A stretch of DNA of 64,000 bases from NCBI RefSeq assembly GCF_046119375.1, contig NW_027362762.1:865024001-865088000 (forward strand). Direction: 5' to 3'. The stretch is from Phyllobates terribilis (taxonomy: Eukaryota). This document shows positions 1 to 11,547 of the stretch, in pieces (position 1 is the first letter of the stretch; every line of letters begins with the position of its first letter). The notes beneath the pieces were generated by a model. It saw only the letters and a program-made list of their open reading frames with translations. It was not told the origin of the DNA and did no database searches. The position numbers were made by a program, and so were the translations under genes.

Positions 1-177
1 ATAGGGGGGGGTCACACAGGAGCGCGTTATATATAGGGGGGGGTCACACAGGAGCGCGTTATATATAGGGGGAGGGTCACACAGGAGCGCGTTATATATA
101 GGGGGGGTCACACAGGAGCGCGTTATATATAGGGGGGGTCACAGGAGCGCGTTACATATAGGGGGGGGGTCACACAG
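1..177 (-). repeat. ~30-32 bp minisatellite, reverse complement of the 3768-5260 array; truncated by the window start
   Basis: Repeats of ATAGGGGGGGTCACACAGGAGCGCGTTATAT, the reverse complement of GTGACCCCCCTATATATAACGCGCTCCTGT. Confidence 0.95.
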
Positions 178-292
178 GAATGTTTTATCCCTTTTATTCT
201 CATGAACATGGATTAAGATGTGGTGTGAATCTGACCTTGGAAAAATAGTTGCTCTTTCCCAAAAAGAGCCCCACACAGATTTAACAGTGATA

Positions 293-1137
293 GGCTGTGT
301 GCCCACGATGTGTTTTTCAAGCGTTTATGCTGCGGAATTTCCGCAGCGTAAACGCTTCAAAAACGCATAGTAATCCGCCCCCCCATGGTCCCCAATGACA
401 AGCCGCACTGTCAATGCCCATGCTGCGGATTTACCGCAGCGTTTATGCTGCGCTCAAAAATCCGCAGCAGGTCCATTAATTTTGCGGAAGAGCAGCGTAA
501 TCGCCGCCATTGACTTGCATTGAGACGCACATAATCCGTGTCAGTACATTTGTACTCACGGATTATATGCGTTGCAAAGTGCGGATGGTACCCAAGTCTG
601 GAGGAGAAGAGACTCTCATCCAGACCTGGGTACCAAAGAACATGTAAAAAAAAATGAATAAAATTTAAAAATAAAGATTATATTCACCTTCCGACGGCCC
701 CCGGTCTCCTTCCCTGTGCTTGCGGGCAGGACTGAAGGACCTCCGGTGACGTCACAGTCATGTGACCACAGGCCCTTCAGTGCAGTGTCCCGCGATCAGC
801 TGGCAGCCAGGAACGAGCGCAGCAACACACGCCGGGCCATCGGAAGGTAAGTATAGGTTTATTTTTTTATTTTTAAACATTCTTTTACGGTCACACTATA
901 TAAATCCATGCCGGTTGCATGGATTTATATAGTGTGACCTAGTTGTCAAGCACTTTCCAAGTGATGCTAGAATCGCCTGGAAAGCGCTTGTCAATCCGCA
1001 TGAGGAAAAGCATGGAAATAACGCTTCAAATCCGCATGTATTTGGCAGGAAAAACACATGCACAATCTGCATGCGTTTTTTCTGCCAGGGAGATGCAGAA
1101 ATGCTGCAGAAATTTTCTGCATCGTGGGCACATAGCC
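293..1137. mobile_element. Non-autonomous PIF/Harbinger-like MITE
   Basis: TIRs GGCTGTGTGCCCACGATG / CATCGTGGGCACATAGCC followed by TTA; internal palindromes; related copy at 34371-34985. Confidence 0.7.
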
Positions 1138-1147
1138 TTAAACTAGA

Positions 1148-2015
1148 TGTGACATGCAGAAGTTGTGCTTCAGAAGCATTCAGCAACTAGAGGGGTTAAC
1201 ACAGTCACAGGAGACAGGGAGTGTTTTAGCAGAGCCCCAGGGGGATTGTGGGGAACTTGTCATTGTAGTCTGGCTGAAGCTGAAGAGAAAGGTGGTGTGT
1301 TATCTGGTTCTGACAGAAGGCAACTCAACAGGATTCAGATCAGGAGTGAAACTAAACACAGGTCAGATACTCTGCACTGTTAGTTCAGGGAGTTTATTAT
1401 CCAGGAAGATAAGGACTGGAAGGAATTGTGTCACAGGGATTATCTCCCTCCTCAAACCCTCACCCCTCCATCTCCATGCAGGATAAGGAATGCTGTGTAT
1501 TATTGTGTCCTTGTGAAGAAAAAGCCTGTGGTTGTGTATGCATAGAAGTGTGCTGCTAAGAGATCTATCTAATCTATGCTGAATTATGCTACTGAAGAGA
1601 CTAATACTGTGCTTTGTGAAAAAACTACTGTATTGTTACTGGAGCCAGTTGCTCAAAAAACTCAGACTGTACTGTAATGAAGATTGTTGCTGTAATATCC
1701 CTGAATTGCACTGGCCGTGCTTCAGATTAAATTCCACTGTAAAACTGTTGAAAAAGACTCTTGTCAGATGTGTCTGGTCAGCAATTGAATCTATCGTGTG
1801 CCTGAGAGAAGAAGCAGCCTATGGTCGCCCCGAGTAACAGTTCCCCCAAGATTCCAAAGAATTCATGAAACCAGTCTCGCCCCTATCTGAGCCTAGCGGT
1901 GTGTGTGTAACATACACTTTAGGGGGCCTGACGGTTCGGTGACTCTGCAAAACCATTGTTGGCGATGGTCAGAACTGTAGAGGATTGTAAAACAGAACAG
2001 TCACCAGATGTCACA
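1148..2015. mobile_element. Probable solo LTR
   Basis: TG...CA ends with a perfect 8-bp terminal inverted repeat TGTGACAT/ATGTCACA; no ORF; no TSD recognised. Confidence 0.4.
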
Positions 2016-2123
2016 AAATAAACTGGGTGCATTAAAGGGACCCTGTCAGATTTAAACTTCCCATGTTAGGAGACCAACTGGACTCAAAACGCTCAGCCTA
2101 TTATTGGACAACAAAAAATGTAA

Positions 2124-2434
2124 AGGTTTTGTCAGGTCCAAAACGATAAATCTGCAGTCACTCTGTGTGACTGCAGATTTATGAATCATCCCAGCGCAGG
2201 CACTGTGGGCATTTGCCAGTTTCTGACCCGGGACCAGAGGGTATGTATGAGTTATACATACACTACACTTGTATGGAGCGAGGCCAGGAGTATGTATAAC
2301 TCATACATACCCTCCGGTCCCAGGTCAGAAACTGGCGAATCCCCGCAGTGCACAGTGTGTGCTCTGGGGGGATTCATAAGTCTGCAGTCACACAGAGTGC
2401 CGGCAGACTAATCGATTTGGACCGGACAACCCCT
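2124..2434. mobile_element. T2/Kolobok-type palindromic MITE
   Basis: AGG...CCCCT|TTAA termini; internal inverted CTGCAGTCAC(A/T)C(A/T)G(A/T)GTG arms; related right half ending near 14445. Confidence 0.65.
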
Positions 2435-2979
2435 TTAAGAAATGATTATGCAGCCATTCCAAGTTGGATTTTCAGAGTAGAGTAATTACACCGGCCTTAT
2501 TGGGTCTAGGAGACATTCAGTAGTGTATCCAGTTTGCCTTGTTGTAGTGCTGTGGAAGCAGCTCCGATGGTGACGAGCCCCCTGCTCTCTGCAGTGACAG
2601 CACCAGCATCTAAGCAGGAGCCCACTACAGCCGCCATCATGCCCACGGTACATGCCTGTCCGGTGGGGGAGGACACCTGGCTGTGACCACTTATAAGACC
2701 CCTGCTATCCTCCCTTTACCCCACACACAGCGCCACTCTTGCCCATAGGCCGGTTCCGATATTACACCGCAGTTTACGTGCAGGCAGAACTTGGTCAGTA
2801 AGACCACATACAACCCATGGTCGGGAGGGGGGGGGCCGCTGCTTCGTACATGTGATTCTCAGTCTTGATCGCTGCCTACCCCTTTCATTACCACCCTCCC
2901 GGGGCCTTGTCCCACGAACCATCCCCGCCGGTGACACAGGGGACTAATGTGTGCAGGATAACGTGCGCCCTCTGTCGTG

Positions 2980-3540
2980 CACGCAGAAAATGACATGTGT
3001 CACCCGCCCAGTATACAGCACCTCTGCGGAGGATGCCACACCGTCTGCCGAGCCAACAGCCTCCTGGTACCGACCACTCTGGAGCACAAGCCAAACACTA
3101 CAACGCGATCTCCGCCATCTTCAGAAGTAACCGGAAATGACCTTTTACCCAGGAAGCTCTTCTACACATGACTATGAAGTATTTACTGGCGGCCATATTT
3201 GTTGATGGCACGTCAAATGCATGTAATAATATCCGGGCCGTGTATAATGAGGACCCTCCTAGCTTATAATCACATTATAGCGGGGTGTGATGCAGAAGTA
3301 GAGCTGGCGCGAAACTGCTGATGGGCGTGGTTTTCAAGTTAATACACAATTCGGGAGAACACGTGACTTTAGCAGAGGGGCGGGGATGAGAGATAAGGGA
3401 GTGCCGGCTCATTAATATTCATGAGCTGGGCGTGTGTGAGGCCCGGGCCGCTTTGTCCAGTTGCGGGTGGTGGCGACGAGTTGTGGAGCAGCCGCCAGGA
3501 TGTCGTTCATCCCCGGACAGCCGGTCACTGCCGTTGTGGT
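2980..3540. promoter_or_regulatory. CpG-rich promoter and 5' region of TAX1BP3, likely bidirectional
   Basis: YY1-like CCGCCATCTT at 3112-3121 (AAGATGGCGG on minus), ETS-like CCGGAAAT 3131-3138, E-box CACGTGAC 3360-3367, GC box GGGGCGGGG 3377-3385, directly upstream of the ATG at 3500. Confidence 0.7.
3500..3538 (+). CDS. TAX1BP3: TAX1BP3 (TIP-1, PDZ protein) coding exon 1: MSFIPGQPVTAVV
   Basis: Matches vertebrate TAX1BP3 N-terminus MSYIPGQPVTAVV; Kozak-like CAGGATGT; donor GTGAGT at 3539. Confidence 0.97.
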
Positions 3541-3767
3541 GAGTTGCATTTTCCTGCCCGGTGCAGTTTAGTTCTTACATGGAGCAGCAGTGTCCGGTAA
3601 CAAGTTCTTGGGTGACTTTTACTGGGTTGTTTTGAAAACTTTTTGCGACTTTTTTTTCTTTTTGCACCATGTATTGCGCAGTCAGAGGTCACGTGACTGA
3701 CTCTGTTTCCTCATTCTGATACTTTGTTTTTTGCAACAAAGTAACAAGGAAAAAATATATACAGTTT

Positions 3768-5260
3768 CTGTGTGACCCCCCTATATATAACTCGCTCCCG
3801 TGTGACACCCCCATATATATATAATGTGCTCCTGTGACCCCCCATATATATAACGTGCTCCTGTGTGACCCCCTATATATAACGTGCTTGTGTGTAACCC
3901 CCCTCCTATATATAACGCGCTCCTGTGTGATCCCCCTATATATAACGCGCTCCTGTGTAACCCCCCTATATATAACGCGCTCCTGTGTGACCCCCCCCTA
4001 TATATAACTGTTCCTGTGTGATCCTCCTATATATAACGCGCTTGTGTGTAACCCCCCTCCTATATATATAACGCGCTTGTGTGTGACACCCCCTATATAT
4101 AACGCGCTCCTGTGTAACCCCCCTCCTATATATATATATAACGTGCTCCTGTGTAACCCCCCTATATATAACGCGCTCCTGTGTGACCCCCCCTATATAT
4201 AACGCGCTCCTGTGTGACCCCCCCTATATATAACGCGCTCCTGTGTGACCCCCTATATATATATATCGCGCTCCTGTGTAACCCCCCTCCTATATATATA
4301 TATATATATAACGCGCTCCTGTGTGATCCCCCTATATATAACGCGCTCCTGTGTGATCCCCCTATATATAACTGTTCCTGTGTGATCCTCCTATATATAA
4401 CGTGCTCCTGTGTGACCCCCTATATATAACGCGCTTGTGTGTAACCCCCCTCCTATATATATAACGCGCTTGTGTGTGACACCCCCTATATATAACGCGC
4501 TCCTGTGTGACCCCCTATATATAACGCGCTTGTGTGTAACCCCCCTCCTATATATATAACGCGCTTGTGTGTGACCCCCCCTATATATAACGCGCTCCTG
4601 TGTGACCCCCTATATATAACGCGCTCCTGTGTGACCCCCTATATATAACGCGCTCCTGTGTGACCCCCTATATATAACGCGCTTGTGTGTAACCCCCCTC
4701 CTATATATATAACGCGCTTGTGTGTGACACCCCCTATATATAACGCGCTCCTGTGTAACCCCCCTCCTATATATATAACGTGCTCCTGTGTAACCCCCCT
4801 ATATATAACGTGCTCCTGTGTGACCCCCCTATATATAACACGCTCCTGTGTGACCCCCTATATATATATATATCGCGCTCCTGTGTAACCCCCCTCCTAT
4901 ATATATAACGTGCTCCTGTGTAACCCCCCTATATATAACGCGCTCCTGTGTGACCCCCTATATATAACGCGCTCCTGTGTGACCCCCTATATATAACGCG
5001 CTCCTGTGTGACCCCCTATATATAACGCGCTCCTTGTGACCCCCTATATATAACGCGCTCCTGTGTGACCCCCCTATATATATAACGCGCTCCTGTGTGA
5101 CCCCCCGTCCTATATATATATAACGCGCTCCTGTGTGACCCCCTATATATAACGGCTCCTGTGTGACCCCCTATATATAACGGCTCCTGTGTGACCCCCC
5201 TATATATAACACACTCCTATGTGACCCCTCTATATATAACGCGCTCCTGTGTGACCCCCT
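3768..5260 (+). repeat. ~30-32 bp minisatellite (about 45-50 copies) in TAX1BP3 intron 1
   Basis: Tandem GTGACCCCCCTATATATAACGCGCTCCTGT with variable C and TA run lengths. Confidence 0.97.
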
Positions 5261-5296
5261 CATGCATAAAGATGTTCTGCGCAGTGGGCGTATGGA

Positions 5297-6290
5297 TTAA
5301 CCCTTTCCCATAGCGAGCAATGTCTGTTTTCGTGCTTTAGATTTTTCCTCCCCTTTTTCCAAGAGCCACATTTGTTTCTCCCTCAGCATAGCCGTGTAAG
5401 ATATCATTTTGAATCACCGGATTCATTCCATCATATAACGTACTAAAAACTGGCGGGGGGGGCGGGATCCAAATAATGTGAAATGGTTTAAAAAAAATCC
5501 TCTCAATGCCACCATTGTTTTCTAGGTTTTGGTATGATGGCATTTATTGTAAAAAATGACCTTGCGATACGATTCTTCTGCTAAGTACAGTTACGGTGAC
5601 ACCAGACTTGTAGGTTTTTTGTTTTTTTTTCATTTTAGTGGCTTAAAAGGAACCTGTTACCTTGGAAGATGCTGCCGATATAGGGTTAATCTGCAGGTAA
5701 ATCGTGTTTAAAATGCTGCATGGCCGCCTTACTGAAAGTGTGACTACTGGGAGAAAATGAAAATATTTCCTCCCGGGAGCCGACTGCTTTCAGTCGCGGG
5801 AGCGTGCACAGGCCGCCTACAGTCAATATACTGTGAGCGGCCGCTGTAAACACGCCCAGGGCCTTTGATTGACAGCTCGTGGTGCAATGCATCTGTCCAG
5901 AGCGAGTGTCAATCAAAGTGCATGGGCGTGTTTACAGCAGCCGCGCACAGTACAGTGACTGTAGCCGCCCCGTGCACGCTCCCGTGACCAAAAGCCGACG
6001 GCTCATGGGGGAGAGAAGTTAATTTTCTTCTAGTGCGGCCGGGCAGCATTGGCACACTATTTATCTTTACACTGATCCTCTAGCTGCAGGTAAATAGCAC
6101 TTTCTTAGGTGAGAGGTTCCCTTAAAAAAAATCTCAACTTTGCAAATAAAAAAAAAAAGAAAATTTGTTTTTTGTCTCCATTTTTTTGAGAGGAATAACT
6201 ATTTTTTATTTTTCCATTGATGATGTTTTGATCCCCCTTTTTTTTTTTTCCATTTATCAATTTTTTTTGGTGTAGGGACAAAAATGGCAG
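5297..6290. mobile_element. piggyBac-like non-autonomous fragment, interrupted by a T2 MITE
   Basis: Starts TTAACCCTTT; shares TTCCAAGAGCCA and downstream AT-rich blocks with the copy at 39414-40235. Confidence 0.4.
5647..6122. mobile_element. T2/Kolobok-type palindromic MITE
   Basis: TTAA|AAGGAACCTG ... AGGTTCCCT termini; same family as 53095-53561. Confidence 0.7.
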
Positions 6291-6367
6291 CCTGGGTTGG
6301 AGAGATATCTGGCCTGATTTTATTCATGAGGGTGCCCACACAACATAATGTGCAGAGGTGCTACAGT

Positions 6368-9300
6368 TAGTGTTGAGCGATACCTTCCGATATCAGGAAA
6401 TATCGTATCGGATTGGATCGGGCCGATACCCAAAAAGTATCGGATATCCCCGATTCCGATACCGGAAACCAATGCAAGTCAATGGGACACAAATATCGGA
6501 ATGAAAATAAGCCCTTTCTTTCCTTGTAGGTTAATTCTACATGAAGTAAAACAACTAAGAATAATGTAGAATGACATGAAAAGCCGGCAATTCATCAGCG
6601 GCATACACCGGTACCCGACAATTTACAACAGAAAGAATAGAGCTTCACACATAGATTAGATAGATAGAAACATGTCAGTCACATATATAAGAAGTACAGT
6701 GACAGTGTTGCTTACAGAACTTGTCATTTAGTGTAAAGGATTTATTAAAAAAAATATTAGTGTTTTCGTGCACCGTCTCTTTAAAAAAGCCGGCCGGCAA
6801 TTCAGCATCTGTACCCGACAGTTTATAACAGACAGAATAGAGCTTCACACATAGATTAGATAGATAGAAACATGTCAGTCACATATATATGAAGTACAGT
6901 GACAGTGTTGCTTACTGTACTTGTCATTTAGTGTAAAGGATTTATTTAAAAAAATAATAGTGTTTTCGTGCACCGTCTCTTTAAAAAAGCCGGCCGGCAA
7001 TTCAGCAGCGGTACCCGACAATTTAGAATAGAAAGAATAGAGAATCACACATAGATTAGATAGATAGAAACATGTCAGTCACATATATATGAAGTACAGT
7101 GACAGTGTTGTTTACTGTACTTGTCATTTAGTGTTAAAATAAAGGATTTATTTAAAAAAAAATTGGCGTGGGGTTCCCCTTTATTTTTCGGCTCTAGCGG
7201 AGGTTAAGCAGGCAGCTGGGGCAAATGTTTGAAGCCTGGGAAGGGGGTAATACCCACGGAGCTTCCCAGGCTACTAATATCAGCCCCCAGCTGAATACAT
7301 AGCCTTTACTAGCTATTAAAATGAGGGAACCCCCCCAAAAAAATAACGTGGGGTCCCCCCTAATTTAATAGCTAGCACAGGCTAGGCAGACAGCTGGGGG
7401 CTGATATTAATAGCCCAGGAAGGGTGCCATGAATATTGGCCCCCTCCCAGGCTAGAAACACCAGCCGTCAGCCGCCCCAGAAATGGCGCATCCATAGGAT
7501 GCGCCAATTCTGGCACTTAGCCTCGCTCTTCCACGCTGCCCTGGTGCGGTGGCAGGGGGTAATAGGGTTGAGGTTGATGTCAGCTTATAATGCCAGCTGA
7601 CATCAAGCCCAGGTTAGTAATGGAGAGGTGTCTATAAGACACCCCCATTACTAACCCCATAGTCAAAGTTAAAAGAAAACACCAACACCCAGAGTAAAGT
7701 CCTTTAATTGAAATAAAGACACAATTCTTTATTGTTCTAAATTAAACCATACTTACCATCACGCCCATTCCAGCTGAAGCCAACGATCTCCTGCAATAAA
7801 AGAAAAATAATAAAGCAACCTCATCCTTACCTTTCCATGGTTCCCAGGACAGCTCCAGCTCTGCTACATCGAGATGACAGGCTGGACCGCAGCAGAACGC
7901 TGCCATCCAGCCTGTCATCCCGCAGACACTGAGAAGCGCAGGCATGCTTGCGCTCCTCAGTGTCTCTCTGTGACGTCATCCAGATGAGCCGAGTTCATGT
8001 CCAATGAACTCAGCTCACCTCATGCACGTCACTGACAGCGTGGGAAAATTCTCACGCTGAAGTGCTGAGTGCAGGAGAATTTTCCCACGCTGTCAGTGAC
8101 GTACATGAGGTGAGCTGAGTTCATTGGACATGACCTCGGCTCATCTGGATGCCGTCACAGCCAGACACTGAGGAGTGGAAGTATGCCTGCGCTTCTCAGT
8201 GTCTGCGGGATGACAGGATGGATGGCAGCGTTCTGCTGCAGTCCAGCCTGTCATCTCGATGTAGCAGAGCTGATGTGTCGTGGGAGCCATGGAAAGGTAA
8301 GGATGAGGTTGCTTTATTATTTTACTTTTATTGCAGGAGATCGTTGGCTTCAGCTGGAATGGGCGTGGTGGTAAGTATGGTTTAATTTAGAACAATAAAG
8401 AATTGTGTGTTTATTTCAATTAAAGGACTTTTTTCTGGGTGTTGTGTTTTTTTAAATACTTTACTAGAAATTCATGGTGGTCATGTCTAATATTGGCGTG
8501 ACCCCATGAATTTTGGGCTTAGGGCCAGCTGATAATGCCAAGCTGGCCTTAACCCCTTTATTACCCAGTGAGCCACCGCACCAGGGCCCTGGATGAGTTG
8601 GGTACAGCGCCAGAAGATGGCGCTTCTATGAACGCGCCATTTTCCGGGGCGGCTGCGGACTGCAATTTGCAGCGGGTGGGGCCCAGAAAGCTTGGGCCTC
8701 CCTGCGCTGCGGATTCCAGCCCCCAGCTGCCTTGTTGTACCTGGCTGGACACAAAAATAGGGCGAAGCCCCACGTTTTTTTTTTTTTAATTATTTCATGA
8801 AATTCATGGAATAATTAAGAAAAAAAGGGCTTCCCTATATTGTTGTGTCCGGCTAGGTACAAATAGGCAGCTGGTGGTTGGGGGCAGCCCGTTCCTGCCT
8901 GCTGTACCTGACTGGACACAAATATAGGGCGAAGCCCCACATAATTTTTTTTTTAATTATTTCATGAATTTCCTGAAATAATTAAAAAAAAAATTATTTC
9001 ATGAATTTCCTGAAATAATTAAAAAAAAAATTGACGTGGGGCTTTGCACTATATTTGGGTCCAGCCAGGTACAGCAGGCAGGAACGGGCTGCCCCCAACC
9101 ACCAGCTGCCTATTTGTACCTGGTTGGACACAACAATATAGGGAAGCCCTTTTTTTCTTAATTATTCCATGAATTTCATGAAATAATTAAAAAAAAAAAA
9201 AACGTGGAGCTTCTCCCTATTTTTGTGTCCAGCCAGGTACAACTAGGCAGCTGGGAGATGGAATCTGCAGCGCAGGGAGGCCCAAGCTTTCTGCCCCCCC

Positions 9301-11547
9301 CCCCCCCCCCCCTGCTGAAAATTGCAGTCCGCAGCCACCCCGGAAAATGGCGCGTTCATAGAAGCTGGATGCTGTACCTGGCTGGCATACAAAAATATGG
9401 CGAAGCCCACGTCAAAAGTTTTGGGAAAAATTAATTAAAAAATAAATAATAATTTAGGGACTGCATCTTTATTAACTCCTCAAATGTCATTTAGTGTTAA
9501 AATAAAGGATTTATTTTAAAAAAAAATGGCGTGGGATCCCCCATAATTTTAGTCTCTAGCGGAGGTTAAGCAGACGGCTGGGGCAGATGTTTGAAGTCTG
9601 GGAAGGGGGTAAAACCCACGGAGCTTCCCAGGCTACTAATATCAGCCCCCAGCTGAATACCTAGCCTTTACTAGCTATTAAAATGGGGGACCCCCCCAAA
9701 AAAAATGACGTGGGGTCCCTCCTATTTTAATAGCTAGCAAAGGCTAGGCAGACAGCTGGGGGCTGATATTAATAGCCCAGGAAGGGTGCCATGAATATTG
9801 GCCCCCTCCCAGGCTAGAAACACCAGTCGTCAGCCGCCCCAGAAATGGCGCATCCATAGGATGCGCCAACTCTGGCACTTAGCCTCGCTCTTCCACGCTG
9901 CCCTGGTGCGGTGGCAGGGGGTAATAGTGGTGGGGTTCATGTCAGCGCCAGCTGCCATGAAGCCCAGGTTAGTAATGATGGGCGTCTATAAGACACCCCC
10001 ATTACTAACCTACAAAGTGTTAAAAAGAAAAAACACACTACACCCAGAAAAAAATAATTTATTTGAAATAAAACACACAATTTTATTTAATTCTTAGTTT
10101 ACTAAAAATAATAGTTACCTGTCCACGTTCCTGCGCTGATCTCCCATGCACAGCTGTCACATCTGGAGATGGTGACAGCTGTGCATGGCTGCTGTAAGCT
10201 CACGCTGCCGGGAACACGTCCGCTCCCGGCAGCGGGAGCCACTGACTGAGGTCACCGGAGTGCATTCAGGCAGCGCAGCTCCGGAGACCTCCTTTACGGC
10301 ACTGCTGTACCGTGGGAATTTCTCACGATACAGCAGGGCCGTAAAGGAGCTAACCGGAGCAGCGCTGCCTGAACTCCGGTGAACCCTTACGGCCCCGTCA
10401 TTCTAGCGGCGGCAGCGGTTCAGAGCGGTCACATTCTATGTGGCTGCTCTGAACTGGAGATCTTCGTGGGACACTCGTGGACTGCTACGGAGGGGTAAGG
10501 ATAAGGTTGTGGTTTATTATTTTATATTTTATTACAGGAGATCGATGGCTTCGGGGAATTAGGTGTCTAGGTGAGTATAGGTGTAGTTTTTTATTTTTTA
10601 CTTTATTTTAGGTGGCGATCGGCGGGGACAGGTAATGTATGAACTAATTTATTGTAGGTAACCACTGGCCACCAATGACATGTATTTAACATTTATTGGG
10701 GACACAGTAGGGCAATTTAAATAGCAGGATCAGGCTGATGGGAACTACTGCTCCCATCGAGCTGATCCTGCTGGCAGGAGTGGACGGGGGACAGACATAG
10801 GCCGATGGGAGTAGTAGTGTCACATCGGCCTATGTCTGCCTGCACGCACACACCCGCACACATCGCACAGACACCGCGCACACCCGCACACACACCCCGC
10901 ACACACACTAATCATGACGGGTCTGGGAGGTGAGGCTGACCTGTGCGGCCGTGGGAAAGTTCATGTGAGTTCATGCAGTCAAGCATGAACTCACATGAAC
11001 CCTCTGAGGGCACCGCGGCGACTTCAAATGAACAGCTGATCGGCATCACCTGATACCTCAGCTGTTCATTTGAAATAACCGGCGGGAAAGCGCAGCACAG
11101 AACGGGAAAGCCGGCGGTGAAGTCTTTTCACTGCCGGCTTCCCCGCCCGGGTCCTTCACTCCCCGCTCCTTGGTGCTGCGCTCCCCGCCCGGTCATAACT
11201 TACGATCGGGATGGGAGGTGGCGAGGGGAGCGGAGGATCGGGGTGGGAGGCTGCGGGGAAGCAGTATGGGGCTGTGTGATTGTTTAAAAGCCGGCGGCTT
11301 TTTACCGCGCGCCGGCTTTTAAACAATCAGGAGAATTCTCCCCCGCTGGGATGGCATTCTGATGACAGGCTGGATCGCGCTGCCATCCAACTTGTCATCC
11401 TTCACAGACACTGCAGAGCGCAGGCATTATGGGAACTTCCGATTCCGGTATCCGATATTGTAAAAGTATCGGAATTAAGTATCGGAATTCCGATACCGCG
11501 AATATCGGCCGATACCCGATATTACAGTATCGGAATGCTCAACACTA
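6368..11547. mobile_element. 5.2-kb non-autonomous hAT element built of nested palindromes and duplications
   Basis: TIR TAGTGTTGAGC / GCTCAACACTA; exact 8-bp TSD GCTACAGT (6360-6367, 11548-11555); subterminal CCGAT/ATCGG arrays; no transposase ORF. Confidence 0.9.
6580..7150 (+). repeat. ~200-bp tandem repeat (about 2.8 copies) inside the hAT element
   Basis: AAAGCCGGC...GTACCCGACA...TAGATAGATAGAAACATGTCAGTC units starting near 6583, 6789 and 6989. Confidence 0.85.

Noticed and set aside
180-2980. Search for the EMC6 coding exon on the minus strand
   Set aside because: No EMC6-like translation found; the region is MITE, LTR and unique non-coding sequence
4214-4888. Repetitive ORFs (e.g. 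NALLCDPPIY), and likewise 18736-18984, 21237-21606 and 33651-34202
   Set aside because: Translations of tandem repeats, open in several frames or strands, with no splice or homology support
7742-9434. Pairs of near-identical ORFs on opposite strands (MPALLSVCG...; M..PIFVSSQVQ...)
   Set aside because: Artefacts of the palindromic arms of the hAT element
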